64,000 nt of DNA from Zancudomyces culisetae HAW-14-8 (Eukaryota > Fungi > Kickxellomycota). The notes under the pieces were generated by a model. The model did no database searches, was not told the DNA's origin, and saw only the letters and a list, made by a program, of their open reading frames with translations. Both the position numbers and the translations under genes were made by a program. The stretch is from contig JBNJNM010000009.1 of NCBI GenBank assembly GCA_052426225.1, forward strand, positions 62,001 through 126,000, given 5' to 3'. Positions 37,540 to 50,472 of the stretch are shown piece by piece. Position 1 is the first letter of the stretch; each line of letters starts with the position of its first letter.

Positions 37540-38868
37540 CTAATTCAAGATATGGTTTATTGAATGTTTGTTTCTATGCCCCTCCTTTTCTGATTGAACA
37601 TTTATAAACGGCAAGGGCCCGGAAAAGCATTGAGTAGAAATAGAAAATACGTCTTTACCAGGACTTAGAGGGATGCGTTTAAGGGTATCTGCGCTCAAAG
37701 TACTTTTGATAGGATTGAAAAAGCCTTGATATGCACCACGAGACGCTAACTGCGAGTTTGTATACGATTCGTAGGTTGAATCAGTATTTCTACGGTATTT
37801 GCTGGTAGATTTAGATGGGGACAAGCCCATTTCACCATGCTTGCGCTTTGTTCCGTAAGAGTCAGAGATACTTGATCCGGGTTTATACCTAGACCCCAGA
37901 ACAGAGCTGGTGTGTCTCCATGAAGATGATAGTTCAGAGTTGATGCGGAAGCTATTTGTATGAAGATATGTGTGAGTATCCTTACCATCATCAAACGCCT
38001 GATGAGGAGAGCCCGGAGGAACCGAGCTATTTTTTTCTACTTTGTGCAAATTTATATCAAAGTAGTCATGGTCGTGACTGGTTGAAGAATTGTATGTACG
38101 GTTTTGTTTAATCTGGTGTCCAATATAGTTAATTTTGGGAAGTTGATATGGGTAGGTGGTATGGCCACTATTAACTTTTGTGACTACATTGTCTTCCTTG
38201 TGTGGTGGCAAAGCCCCTGTTGAGTTGCTCTCAGCACGTAGCGGATGGCGATTATAAAAGTTATTGTAATCGCATGTATGCAGCGGTGCGGGATATTCAG
38301 AGTTTAACGATACCACTGTGCTGTTACTAGAGTAGCTTGTGTTATAGTATTGATCTCGATGTGAGAATCCGGCGGCACTTCTTGATGGCGGACTTGATGA
38401 TTCTTCATTTTTTCGGTCATTTGAACCATTTTTTCTGCTAGTGTCCGAGCCCTCGGCTTCGTTTGGCTTTTTCTTTGGCATTTCAAATGTTTCTAGTACC
38501 TTTTTTTTTACTTGCTCATCCATCATGTCAAAATCTATTGTCCAGAAACTTCCCCTAGTGGCCTTTTCGCTGACATTATCTATGTGTTTTCCCTCTACCT
38601 GCACTCTTTTGAAGTATGAGTTCAAAGACAGGTTGTGGCGAATTGTGTTTTGCCAACCCACATCGCTTCCCTCAAAGATTTTGGGATAGTTTGTCTTTAT
38701 CCAATAATAAATACTCTTTAGTGACATTTTCCTATCGGGTGCAGACATGATTGCATGGGCTATAATTACAGTGTATGAAAATGGCGGTCTGCGTCGTTTT
38801 TTAACGTCATACCCGTCCCCTTGTTTCCAAAAAACGTATCTATTAAAATCCAGTGACTTTTGCATCAT
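37540..38868 (-). CDS. Forkhead transcription factor (no FHA domain)
   Basis: RPPFSYTVIIAHAI...SLKSIYYWI...GWQNTIRHNLSLNSYFKRV...GSFW. Confidence 0.95.
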   Translation of the reverse strand: MMQKSLDFNRYVFWKQGDGYDVKKRRRPPFSYTVIIAHAIMSAPDRKMSLKSIYYWIKTNYPKIFEGSDVGWQNTIRHNLSLNSYFKRVQVEGKHIDNVSEKATRGSFWTIDFDMMDEQVKKKVLETFEMPKKKPNEAEGSDTSRKNGSNDRKNEESSSPPSRSAAGFSHRDQYYNTSYSSNSTVVSLNSEYPAPLHTCDYNNFYNRHPLRAESNSTGALPPHKEDNVVTKVNSGHTTYPYQLPKINYIGHQIKQNRTYNSSTSHDHDYFDINLHKVEKNSSVPPGSPHQAFDDGKDTHTYLHTNSFRINSELSSSWRHTSSVLGSRYKPGSSISDSYGTKRKHGEMGLSPSKSTSKYRRNTDSTYESYTNSQLASRGAYQGFFNPIKSTLSADTLKRIPLSPGKDVFSISTQCFSGPLPFINVQSEKEGHRNKHSINHILN

Positions 38869-41800
38869 CTCGATATTTGTCTGGATTATCTTGTGCAGAA
38901 TAAGAAAAAATAAAACAGTATTGATAAAATGGTATGGAGTTCTCGTATGTATATGGGAAAAACAACAGGTATACTGCTCGGATACTGCTCTTTTGTATTT
39001 TAAGTTGGTAATCGATGTAATCGAATAGTCTCAATGGGTTTATCCCTTTTGTTGGTTTAAATTATACTTTTTTTTTGTTTCTTCTCTTTTCTTCTTTTAT
39101 TACTAAAGACACGATTTGGAGGATATCAATATTAACCGAAATTTTTGATGAGTGCGTTATATGGTTGTTGGTATATCATAAAGGATAGTATTGAAGTGTG
39201 AAATTTCTAATTATTTTCAGAAATAAAGTAGTTCTTTTCAGTGAATTGAGAGGTTCAGATTTTTGTATTGCCTTTTTCCGTTAATTCTGCTATATGTATA
39301 TATGTATATATTCCGAGTCAATCGAATATTTTGAAAAGTACAAAGAAGTTGACTGTGATGTAATTGCAGTTATTATTTTTTAATTTTTTTTGTTGTTGTA
39401 TATGTGAAAAAAGTTGAATTTTGCTTTGAAGCCTGTCAATGATAATATTTTGTTCGTTTTTCTTCCTTCACTCTAGAATATATGAAACACTCCTTGCGTT
39501 TCTATCAAAAACAATCAGGTGTTTGTAATTGAAAATATGAAGTTTGCACAATGGTATATTTTCTATTTAATGCACCACTAAGTCGAGATTCCTTTAGCTT
39601 TGGATTATTACAGTTATTTCACCAATATCCTACTTTTATATATATATATATATACAGCTATTGGTCGTACTATTCTAATACATTGGGTAAAGTGTCCCGG
39701 AGCCAGTGCTTGATTGCTTTTTCTTTCTTTTATCAATTAAATATGATAAGGATATTCTAGCCAGAGAATCGTAAACTAGATATAGTTGCAAGGCTTTCGT
39801 TATTTGAGCTTGTGGTTACAGGATAAGACGTTCTTGTGAGTGCCTTTAAAATGAGAATGGAATTGATGTGTGTTATGATGCTAAAATCTAGAAATATTTT
39901 ATGAAAAAACGAGAGCTGAGGCTTGGATAGGGGTATATAAAAGTTTTTTTTTTTGTTTCTATAATATCAAAAGTATAGTATAATATTGTAAAAAGGAGCA
40001 TTTAAAATTGCAAACTAAACACAGCTTTTTCAATGGAGTTTGTACTATTTTATAATCAACAATCTAAAAAGGTCCTCAGTTACCTAATTATTCTTTTTAC
40101 TAATTCGCTGTGTTAGTTGTTACATAAAAACAGGTGTATTTAATAATATACCACCTAATTTTGAATACAAGTACAAAAGATATTTAGTTACCTATTTAAC
40201 AATTAGCTATTTAAAATTTATATAAATAATAATAAAAATTCTATTTAAATGCACTAAGGCTTTTAAATAATATGTCAAAAAGGAAATAGATTGAATGCAA
40301 ATATATTTGTCATCTTGGAGTTCAATTTTTTGAACAATTCAACTTTTTTTTTTTGAAGATGAGCAAAAATAGAACCAATTGTGACAAAACGATTTGTTGA
40401 AGAGGTATGGGAGTCATTAAAAAAAAAATAACAAAGGTGGTCTATTATAGCTAAGGGATCCTATTTATTAAACCGTATCTATGTATTGAGGTGGATATTT
40501 ATGAATAAAAATCATCTATTGATTATACAACACAATTGCTTTCTTGTTTGTTTATCCTACTGAAAGCAGGTAATTCAAATCACCAACCAATTATTCATTG
40601 TGGAAATACTTCACAATACACCCCATATTCTTCCCCCCCCAACTCAGCACACCTTTTAGAATTTTACTTGTTCGCTTTTTGAGTAAAAACCACCAGTTAT
40701 TAGTCAAAAGTGCTGAATATTCAAAGTTGAATTTACAACAAAACTTGCGAAAAATACAGGAAAATTGAAATATAATTTTTGGTCTGGAACTAGGCAGATT
40801 TTGCTACTTTTTTTTTCAAGTATTCAAACATGCTTCTTAATTGTTCTATAAATAGATTGATGTAAAAAAAAATAATTACTAGTTTGTTTAATTGCCAAAT
40901 TAATTAATTATAGAAGATTTCAACATATTTATTAACCTGAAAATACAAAAAACAAAATCAGAAATATGGGAAAAAATAAAACTTCCTAATGCGTAATATA
41001 TCAACCCTAGCCAAAAAAGAATAGTTAACTGCAGAATTATTTGCATTACTAAAATCTAAACATTAATAGAAGTTGGAAAATCAGTACAGCTCCTAAAGCA
41101 AATAAACTAGCTACTAAAAAGGGTTATCAACTTGTTTTCAAGGTGAAAGCAAAATAAAATAACTGGATATATTTGTAATACTATTAGAGAGTTGTACTTT
41201 TAAATACTCTTTTTGGTACCTTTTTTTATCAAGAATGTTAGTATTTATTCTCATTCATGACAAAAGTACGTTTAATTAGCACATCCAAATTCGATTAAAG
41301 ATGTGGCAAAATCGATGGAATAATATAAAATCCCGGTAAAAGATGATTGTATGGACGAAGGTTGAGAGTATAATGAAGAAATGTTTGTAAGTAATTAACA
41401 AAATACAAAGGGACATTTACAATTCATTCACCTAAATATAGCTTTAAACCACTAGCATTACAAGATTTGCAAAGTCACAAACATTTACATGACAAACGGG
41501 AAAAAAAAAAGTGGAGTTATGTATTTTAGGAGATTGTTTTCGAAAAAAAAAAACGCCGGATAAACCTAGAAAAAACGTCTCTGTGTATAAATCAAGTGAA
41601 TATAGAGTATAATAATAGAGAAGAGTAACGTATTTGTTATATTTTTTAAATAAAAGCATGGAAATTCAATAATAATAATAATAATAAAGTTATAACAACC
41701 GTCGTTCTTGAGTTAGAGAGTATCATTGTATATGTCTTGGTGTACAAAAAAAAAAACCAAGATAAAGGCTGGTCTTATTGTATGTTATATGTTTGAGTAT

Positions 41801-42780
41801 TAGTGCTATTCGATAAATGTACATCAATTCTTTCACTGAAATTTGGAAGCGTATAAAGTACCTTTAGGAAAGCATGAAGCATTAAATGTTATACTTTGGT
41901 TGTCTTTAAATGTATCCATTCAAGATGGTGAAAAAAAAACACTTGAAACAATCTACAGATGATACTGTTTGTATCTGTATCTGTATCTGTATCCGTATTT
42001 GAGTTTGAGTTTTTCCTCGATTATTTTTGGTTTTATGTGTAACAGCACGGCTTTAAGTTTGTTATAAATGTGCTTTTTATGATAAAGTAGGTATGGTACA
42101 TTCAAATAAGATTTCAAATAACCACAACAGGATGTTTTTGTTTATGTCTTTGTTCATGTTGCCATAGTTGGTGCTATTTGCCGTTTATTGGTGTTCCAAA
42201 TTGTATAAAAATATGCTAAACTGTTTGAAGTATACAAACAAGATCGTTTTTATATTTCTCTTAAAAAGGAAAAAAAAAGTTGGGAGGGAGGGAGTGGGAA
42301 GAGGTAGAGAGAGGTTATACGTGTTTTAAAGAAAGTATTATAATAATAAAGGGTATGCATTAATATTTTTGAGCTTTAACAAAAAGAGTGAAATTAAAAG
42401 ACTTTTTATTTTATTTTATTTTATTTTTTATAATAGATAGGTTTGATGATAGCGTTTGATAAGTATACCAACTCGTGATTGACAATTTAGAGTTTTTAAA
42501 AGTATCATGTGTTATATAAACAAACATCTGTTTATGTACCAAAAAAAAAATTAACAATTAGCATTTAATCACAAAATAAATAACAAAATTTATTTTTTTA
42601 TATATTTTTATATGTAAATCACAAGATTAATTTGGATTAGTAAAAAAAAAAGGATCTGAGATTTTGGTGTAATAGTCTGAAATTTAAAAAAAAAAAAACT
42701 AAAAAAAATGTACAAGTAAATAAACAATTTTTTTTATATTAAAAATATACATACAACAAAAAAAAAGAGAAAAAACAAGG

Positions 42781-45700
42781 ATGGAGGCATTAAGGGAAAG
42801 AGCGGCGAAATTATACGAAACTGCAACCAATGCAGATAGACCCGACAGTGTGAGACTGGAAATGATCACAGAACTAGTTGCGGCAAATCCTCAATTATTA
42901 ACAGATACAAATGTAGCGATTGAAAATGATCAAGAAAAACAACAAGAAGCTGTTGAAACCAAAAAATTTGTAGGATACTTTTCTATGGCAATGCAAGCGG
43001 TCAAAATCACGATAGGATTGATGGGACATGAAGCTGAAGAGGAGAATGACGAAGCGGAAATGGAAATGGAAGGAAAAGAAAAGGAGGAAAGGCAAAAGAG
43101 AAAAAGAAAGTATGTAAAAGTGGACAAGAATGAATTACAACTGTGGTACTTGATAGATATGGCCAAATGGGGCTTTGATATTTTAGAAGTAGCCTGTGGA
43201 TTAAAAGAAGGAGTTTTGGAGAAACAAGAGGTTAAAGAGAGTAAGTTTAAAGATGGAAAAGGAAAAACCAAATTATAGTTTGAATTTTTACCATTTTTTT
43301 TTAAAAAAAAAAGAAAAAGATTAAAACGAAATGTATAATGAAAATAGTGGTGGACAAGTCGATAGAATGTATTATAGAGCTTTTAGAAAGTAAAGGGACA
43401 CCAAGTGTTATATTTAAAAGGGGAATTCAAGTAGCTACATATTTGCATCCTATACTGTTGGAAAAAAGGTAAGTAAAATGATTTTAAAACGTTAATATTT
43501 TTGTTTTTTTTTTGGGGGGGTGGAAAAAGAAAAATCATGGTTTATGAAAAATAAAACATAAAATATAAATAGTGTTGGAGATAAAAGAAGCGAATGGAGG
43601 GAAGAATGGGAAAAGATGCAAGAGATTGGAAATAAGATTGACGAGGTTGGTAGAGAATTGATGGAATATAGGGAAAGAGAGAAAGAGGACGAAGAGAATA
43701 AGGAGGAGGATAAAGAGGAGGAGGGGGACGAAGGGGGAATAATACTTAAAATAGTTCGATATTATTCAATGAATGTGATAATGTTTAAGGAAATAAAAGA
43801 GGAAATAAGAGAGAGGGAGAGGGAGAGGGAGAGAGATGCAAAGGTTAAAGAAATAGTAGGGATTAAGGGGATTAAGACACACGAGTATTTGGAGGTGGAA
43901 AAGTTGAAAGAGATTGGAGAGAGGAGTTTAGAGATGATTAAAAAGATGACAAGGGTAGAGAGGAGAGATAGGATGACAGAGATACAGGGAAAGATAGGAA
44001 GTATGATGTTTTTGATAGAAGCTAAACCGTATTTGGCAGTGGAGATGATAGGGATTATAGAGGAGATATATGAAAAGTCAAAAGAAAAGATTCAGAGTTT
44101 TGATTTGAGAATGGGTCGAGGAGGAGTCGGGGGAGGAGAGTTTGCGATGGGAATAATAAAAAAAATGATTGGAGTGGGGATATTTGGGATGTTGAAACAG
44201 GGACGAATAAGGCATACAGAGGGAGTGAAGAAGGCAGAAGAGATATTGAGGAGGGTGGAGTACAAGGAGTTTATGAGTTATGAGGTACGAAGAAATGCTA
44301 CAGAGGCGAGTCGAAATAAACGAAAATTGCGAGATGAGATTGAGCAGAGTATTGAGGAGATTAAGGAGTATGGAATGGGATTGGAGCAGGTGATAGAGGT
44401 TGTGTGTACACGATTGATGGAGGAGAGAGACGATAAGAATATGGAAGGAATTGGGGAAGAGGAAAATAATGGAGCGATTAAAATGGAGGAAGAACAAATT
44501 CAGAGAGCAAAAAAACGAAAAATAAATGAAGAAGAGAAAGAGATAAAAGTAAAAAGAGAAGAAAAAGAAGAAAAAGAAGAAAGGGAAAAAGAGAGGGAGA
44601 TTGAGAGTGAGAGGGAAAGAGAAAGAGAAAGAGAAAACGAAAACGAAAAGGAAGTTGAAAGGGAAAAGGTGCGAGAAATGTGGAAACAAAGTTTAACAAG
44701 TGTGTTGAGGGTGGGAGAAAAGATATGTGAACAGTCGGTAGGAGAAATCAATGAAAGTAATGGACGATCGATAGCAGCGTTGTTTAGACTACATGTTCCA
44801 AAATACAAGTATATATGGCCACTTAGTGAAGACTACAAACAAAAAGTACGAGAAGAAGAAGAAGAAAGAGAGAAAGAAGGGGAAAAAGGGAGAGTGTTGA
44901 TTAGGGAAAGAATTTCAGATTGGATGGTTTTGGTAGTTCGATTAAGTATTGGATTGATAAAAATGCAAAAAGAGGTAAATGAACGTGAAGATGGAGGTGA
45001 AGATGATGAGGGAGTACAATATGTTGAAGAGGTAGTGTTTACAGAGATATTTGGAGCACCTCGAGTGAGTTACGAAATGGCAATAATGATGCTTTATGAA
45101 ATATATTACAACAAACAGGTATTACAACAGGAGAAATTAGAAAAGATATATAGAAAATTTGTGAAAAAGTATATAGAAGCAGTAGTGGAAGAAGTAGTTA
45201 GGAGCAGACCAAACCCAATAGAAGAGCTGAGTATTAATGGGGTTGGACAAGAAAAAAGGAATGAAAAAACGGTTAATATTGAGGAGATTATGTATGGAGG
45301 CAAGATTGAAGCAGTTATAGAACTGGTATTTGGAAAAGGAAAAGAAAAAGAAAAAGAAAAAGAAACAAAAAATAATCGAGAAATGGTCGAATCATTGATG
45401 ATTAAAATCCCAAACCACACAATTAACAACCAAGTTGTTTTTGGCCAGGTTAATGAAAAGCTACTGTCTCGGTTATTGCTAGACATTCCTATTATTCCAC
45501 CATGTTTGTTTGAAGTCACACTACCTAATATTTTGGAAAACAGCACTACCAATCGAGCTCTATATTTAGTCAATGCGTTATATGAATTATATACTCAACG
45601 TCCCAAATACCGCCTACCTGTACTTGTACTTTTGTTGGATGGTTGTTTTCATCGTTTAAATGAAATCCGTATCAATTGCATTTACAAGTTGTTGGCTCTG

Positions 45701-47680
45701 GTATCTGATCCTGAATATCAAAATTCTGAGCTATTTTCTCAACTAAACATCAATTCTATCAATCAAAAAGCTACTGCTAAACTTGATGAGCTATTAAATG
45801 ATATTTTGAAATTTTGTTTATCTGAACCTGATTCCAACAATACAACTACAACTACAACTACAACTACAAATACAACTACAAATACAACTACAAATACAAC
45901 TACAAATACAAATGACTCGGATCCCTCTACTACTACTACTACTACTACTACCACTGCTAACAACTCTAACAAAAGCACAATGCTGGTACTAGAAGAACTA
46001 ATCAAATCCAAACTCGATTTATTCCTCATATGTTCTACCATTAACCATAATAAAAAGTTTTCCTTTTGGATTCGAAATTTCCAATCCTTATTATCTCTCT
46101 GCAACACTATTAGCGTTAGTAGTAACTCCAATACATCCGATAATAATACTATTGCCCAAATGGCCCTGTCCATTATCAGAAAATTGGTTATTCCCGTCGT
46201 TATCAACGTATTGGCTAAACCCAAAACTAACAAGGCTCAACATCATCTCCCTTTATTTTTGGATCTGGTAGATCAGTTACCCCCAACCATCTTGTTTGGT
46301 GCTGATCATCTGTCCACGTCACCATCCACCAATCAAAATCAAAATCAAAATCAAACAGCAACTAAAGGTGCTGAAACTTTATTGTTGAGGATTCTGGTTG
46401 TTTTAATGTCCGAACTAAACGCCAATAAAACCACTGGTACTGGTTTTGTTTTAGATACTTTTGTTTTGGAAATATATAATCGGATCAAAAATACCAAAAA
46501 ACTGCCTCCCATGTTTTTGGTTCCTATCTATGAACATTTGCCAACTACTGACCTGATCCATTCCAACTATGAAAACCTTGTAGAACTCTTATTGGTATCT
46601 TCTTCAACAAACCAGCAAGTCTACCAAACCAACTTGAATGTATTTAAAAGTCTAATTAAAAAATTGGTTCTTACAAAATCACCTCCTCATTTATCTCCCT
46701 CTCAAACCTCCTATTCCTCTTCTTCTTCTTCTTCTTCTTCTTCCTCTACTATAAAAATCAACTTGTCAAATCCACAAAATTTGGATTTCTTGGTAAAGTT
46801 GTTTATAGACTCTCATTACTTATTCTCAAGTTTTACTGTAAATAATGCAAACAACTCTCCAACTCAACAAAATCTACATTTAAAAACTTGTGCAGTTGTA
46901 AACTCGGTTCTCATCAGTACAATCTCTCAATCTTATAACAAAAATATCCTAAAGTTTTGTTTATATAAACTGGCTCTCTTTATCATTAACTCTCAACAAA
47001 AACAACAGCAACAACAACAAATTAATAATAATTTATCTGAACTGGGATTTCCTCAATTGTTTTTCCGTTCTCTTCATATTTACATCAAATCATTCATTTC
47101 TCCAAAACTATCCAACTTCTCTCTTTTTACCACTACCACTACCACTACCACTACCACCACCTCTTCTACCTCTCCTCTTCAACCTGATTCTTCTTCACAA
47201 CAACCTCAACAAAATACTTCAAATGATCAAATTACTCAAAATGATAAGGCTGAACTTGCTTTGGATTTGCTTTTTTGCTCCAATATCCTTATGTACTTGG
47301 TTCTGTTTTACTCCGACAATAAACAAGACTCCAATAACCCATTCTTTTCATTATGTAATACAAACAAAATCATAGCTGATGGATTCGTCCTATGTTTTAA
47401 TTCACTCTTGCCTCTCTCTTTACCCTGTCTAATTCCTTACACCAATTTCACCACTACCAGCATTCCAAGACTTGATCAGTTTGTGGCCAGTGATGACTAC
47501 AAATCCATTCACAAACCAATGCTTTTGAACTTGTTGCATCCCTCTCCTCCGCTACCTTCAGACAATTCGCACTCTGATCTGTTTGTTCTTGTCTCCTCTC
47601 GTGTCAACCGTTCTGAATCTCTAGATTCTTGGAATGATTTTAATTCCCTTTATGTAGCTTTTGACCCCAACCAACTTTAA
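42781..47680 (+). CDS. PTA1: Symplekin/PTA1 (mRNA 3' processing scaffold), 3 exons
   Basis: Introns at ~43241-43347 and ~43469-43572 join ORFs 42781 and 43616 via VIFKRGIQVATYLHPILL. Also LLSRLLLDIPIIP, FPQLFFRSL and IIADGFVLCF (Symplekin_C-like). Confidence 0.75.
45841..45955 (+). repeat. Coding (ACAACT)n/(ACT)n repeats, poly-Thr
   Basis: Directly visible tandem repeats inside symplekin. Confidence 0.9.
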
Positions 47681-47689
47681 TGCTCTTTT

Positions 47690-47744
47690 GTTTTTCTTTT
47701 TCTTTTTCTTTTTCTTTTTCTTTTTCTTTTTCTTTTTCTTTTTC
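47690..47744 (+). repeat. (TTTTTC)n microsatellite
   Basis: Directly visible. Confidence 0.9.
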
Positions 47745-47947
47745 TATAATTATTTATATTTTTGTATTGTAAATTGATTTTACCCAATTTGAATAAAAAT
47801 CCAATCCTATTTTACGTTATTGTTTTATTTTATTTCACTTTAACAGTTTAAATTGATAAATTAAATACCTCTTGTTACTTTATCAACTTTGCCAAACTTT
47901 TAAAAGACTATAATATAAATACAATATTCTAAATAAAACTGGCAAGA

Positions 47948-48963
47948 ATGGATGAAGCCGACCCAACACTAGACCAATGTAATGGTAAATTCAAAAAAAT
48001 AATAGAAACATTAATATCCAACAACAAAAAAATAAAATAAATTATTCTTTTAATTCTTTTTATTGAAAAGTATCATTCTTGTATAATTTAGATAGCATTC
48101 AACCCACAACTCTTGACTCAACTAAAAACATACATATAGAAAAAGATAATAATGCGACAATTACAAACAATATGACAACAGAACATCAAGAACACCAAGA
48201 ACAACAAGTTCGAAACCGGTTTCCTCACTCTCGGCATACTCACGATTCGTCTCAACCTATAGAACAAAATCCAAACGACAATAACGCCGAGTCCTTTTCT
48301 TCTAGTTCCTCCATACATCTATATAACAAACCCAGTTTTCCTGAAACTACCAATTGTAAAATTACACAACCAGCGATTCGACAAGATAAACAAGATGAAA
48401 ATTGTATTTTAAACAACTCTTCTACTATTAATAGTAATAATAATGGTAATGGTAGTAATGATAGTAGTAGTAGTAGTAGTAGTAGTAGTAATAATCGCAG
48501 TAATGAATTGGACTCAACCAGTACTAAACCAGATAAAATACCCACAAAAACCACTACTACTCTTGAAACTACCAACGAAAAATCAGAATTACCAACTATA
48601 CCTATCCAGAACACTAGCAAGAGCAACGATGATAGTGGCGACAATGAATTTTCCTGCAATATTTGTTTTGACCAAACCGTAGGTCCAGTACTAACGCTGT
48701 GTGGTCATTTATTTTGGCAAGTTTTGGTTATTATTATTATTTTTGTATAAATATATTAGAGAGAATACCAATACTAAAACTGAAGCTAAAACTAATAATA
48801 ATAATGGTAATGGAAAATAGTTGGTCATGTTTGGGACAGTGGTTAGAAAGAGATTCTACTTGTCCAGTTTGTAAAGCCGGCTGTGATCGAGAAAAAGTAA
48901 TTCCAGTTTATGGAAGGGGAAGAAATGAAGAAGACCCAAGGTAAAACTGATTCTTGTATTTAA

Positions 48964-49003
<40 letters not shown>

Positions 49004-49567
49004 ATGGTAAATATCATTATTACTATTATTATTATTATTATCTTGCATAGGTTGACATCTAAAATAGCAGGAACTCGACCAACTGGCCAACGTCCACCAG
49101 CACCACAATACAACCGACACCAAAACCCTATGAGCCTATTCTTTGATTGGGCAGGCGGGGGAGGCGCAAACGCACCGTTTTTTCCTTCTGGCGGGCAAGG
49201 ACACCAAGGAGCAGAAATACCAAATTTCCATCATAATACCAATATGGGCTTTTATATGAATACAGGGTTTATTGGGTTTGGACCTGGACTTTTCCGTTTC
49301 AATTTTGTAAGTACTCTTTCTTTTTGTTTAATTTAAAATGATTTGATTTTTTCTTGTAGTAAAATTAAAGGACTTTTGTATAAATGTATGTGTGTGTGTG
49401 TGATTTGATATTAGGGAAATATTTCACCATATGGAGGATACAGTGGTGGGGATGGACGGATTAGTTCAAGAAATCCGGAAATGGCTACATTTTATAATTT
49501 TTTAAAACGGATGGTGGTGTATTTATTGATCTTGGGATTCTTGGCATTAATATTCATGAATTATTAG
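47948..49567 (+). CDS. RING (C3HC4) E3 ubiquitin ligase, RNF5/RNF185-like, 5 exons
   Basis: FSCNICFD...TLCGHLFC|WSCLGQWL...CPVCKAG...KVIPVYGRG...DPR...RPTGQR, with a C-terminal TM segment. Confidence 0.9.
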
Positions 49568-50075
49568 AATTACAAATGATAGTCTTTTATTATATTTTTA
49601 TTTATATATATATTTCTTTCCTTAATAGTTTTGTAATACATCAAGATTATACACATATACACATATATATTTACTTTTTTTTTTAATTTTTTACTTTTTT
49701 ATAAAAGAAATAAAGGTAGAGTATATAAAATGAAATCAAACCAGTTCAATTCAATCATATAAATAAATAAATAAAACTAGAGATAGTAGGAACCAAGCCA
49801 ACCTAATTGTTCACCTCTTATTATACAAACCATTCTTTTATATTTTCTTGCATCTTTTCATCCATCATCTTTTCCACTGCCGAAATCCAAAGCCAAACCC
49901 AAAGCGAAAGCGAAACCCATCTTTTTTACATTTCACCAACCTGATCAAAATAGTTGTTGTTTATTCCTTGTTTATTGATTGGTTGGCCTGGTAGGTTTGT
50001 TTGGTAGGTTTGTTTGGTTGGTTTGTTTGGGTAATTAGTTGGATACAAATAAACTTTGCAGTAAATATAAAATAG

Positions 50076-50138
50076 AATAAAATAAAATAAAATAAAATAA
50101 AATAAAATAAAATAAAATAAAATAAAATAAAATAAAAA
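50076..50138 (+). repeat. (AAAAT)n microsatellite
   Basis: Directly visible. Confidence 0.9.
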
Positions 50139-50472
50139 GTGTGTTGATATTGTTTTTGTAAGGTTAATTTTACGTGTATAATTACTGACCACTAGTATAT
50201 AGATAAATAATTTGTAATATTTTAAAATACCGAAAGTAAAAAAAGACAAAAATAAAATTAATTAAAATAGAGGGAATTAATTGAATATACCATTATATTT
50301 AATCTTGAAATTTAAAAATCTTATAGAAAAAAATGTACAACAATTGAGACACGAACTCTGACGAGTATAAATGAAAAAGTTTTAAAAAAGAAAAGTATAT
50401 CTTAAATATCAAAACCAGTAATACCAAACCTAGATAATAATAATAGTAATAAAAGATAAACATTTATAAGAT

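Noticed and set aside
44078-46233. Minus-strand ORFs rich in F/L/S/V opposite symplekin (and similar antisense ORFs opposite EXO84, TRP3 and RTT107)
   Set aside because: Low-complexity antisense shadows caused by the composition skew.
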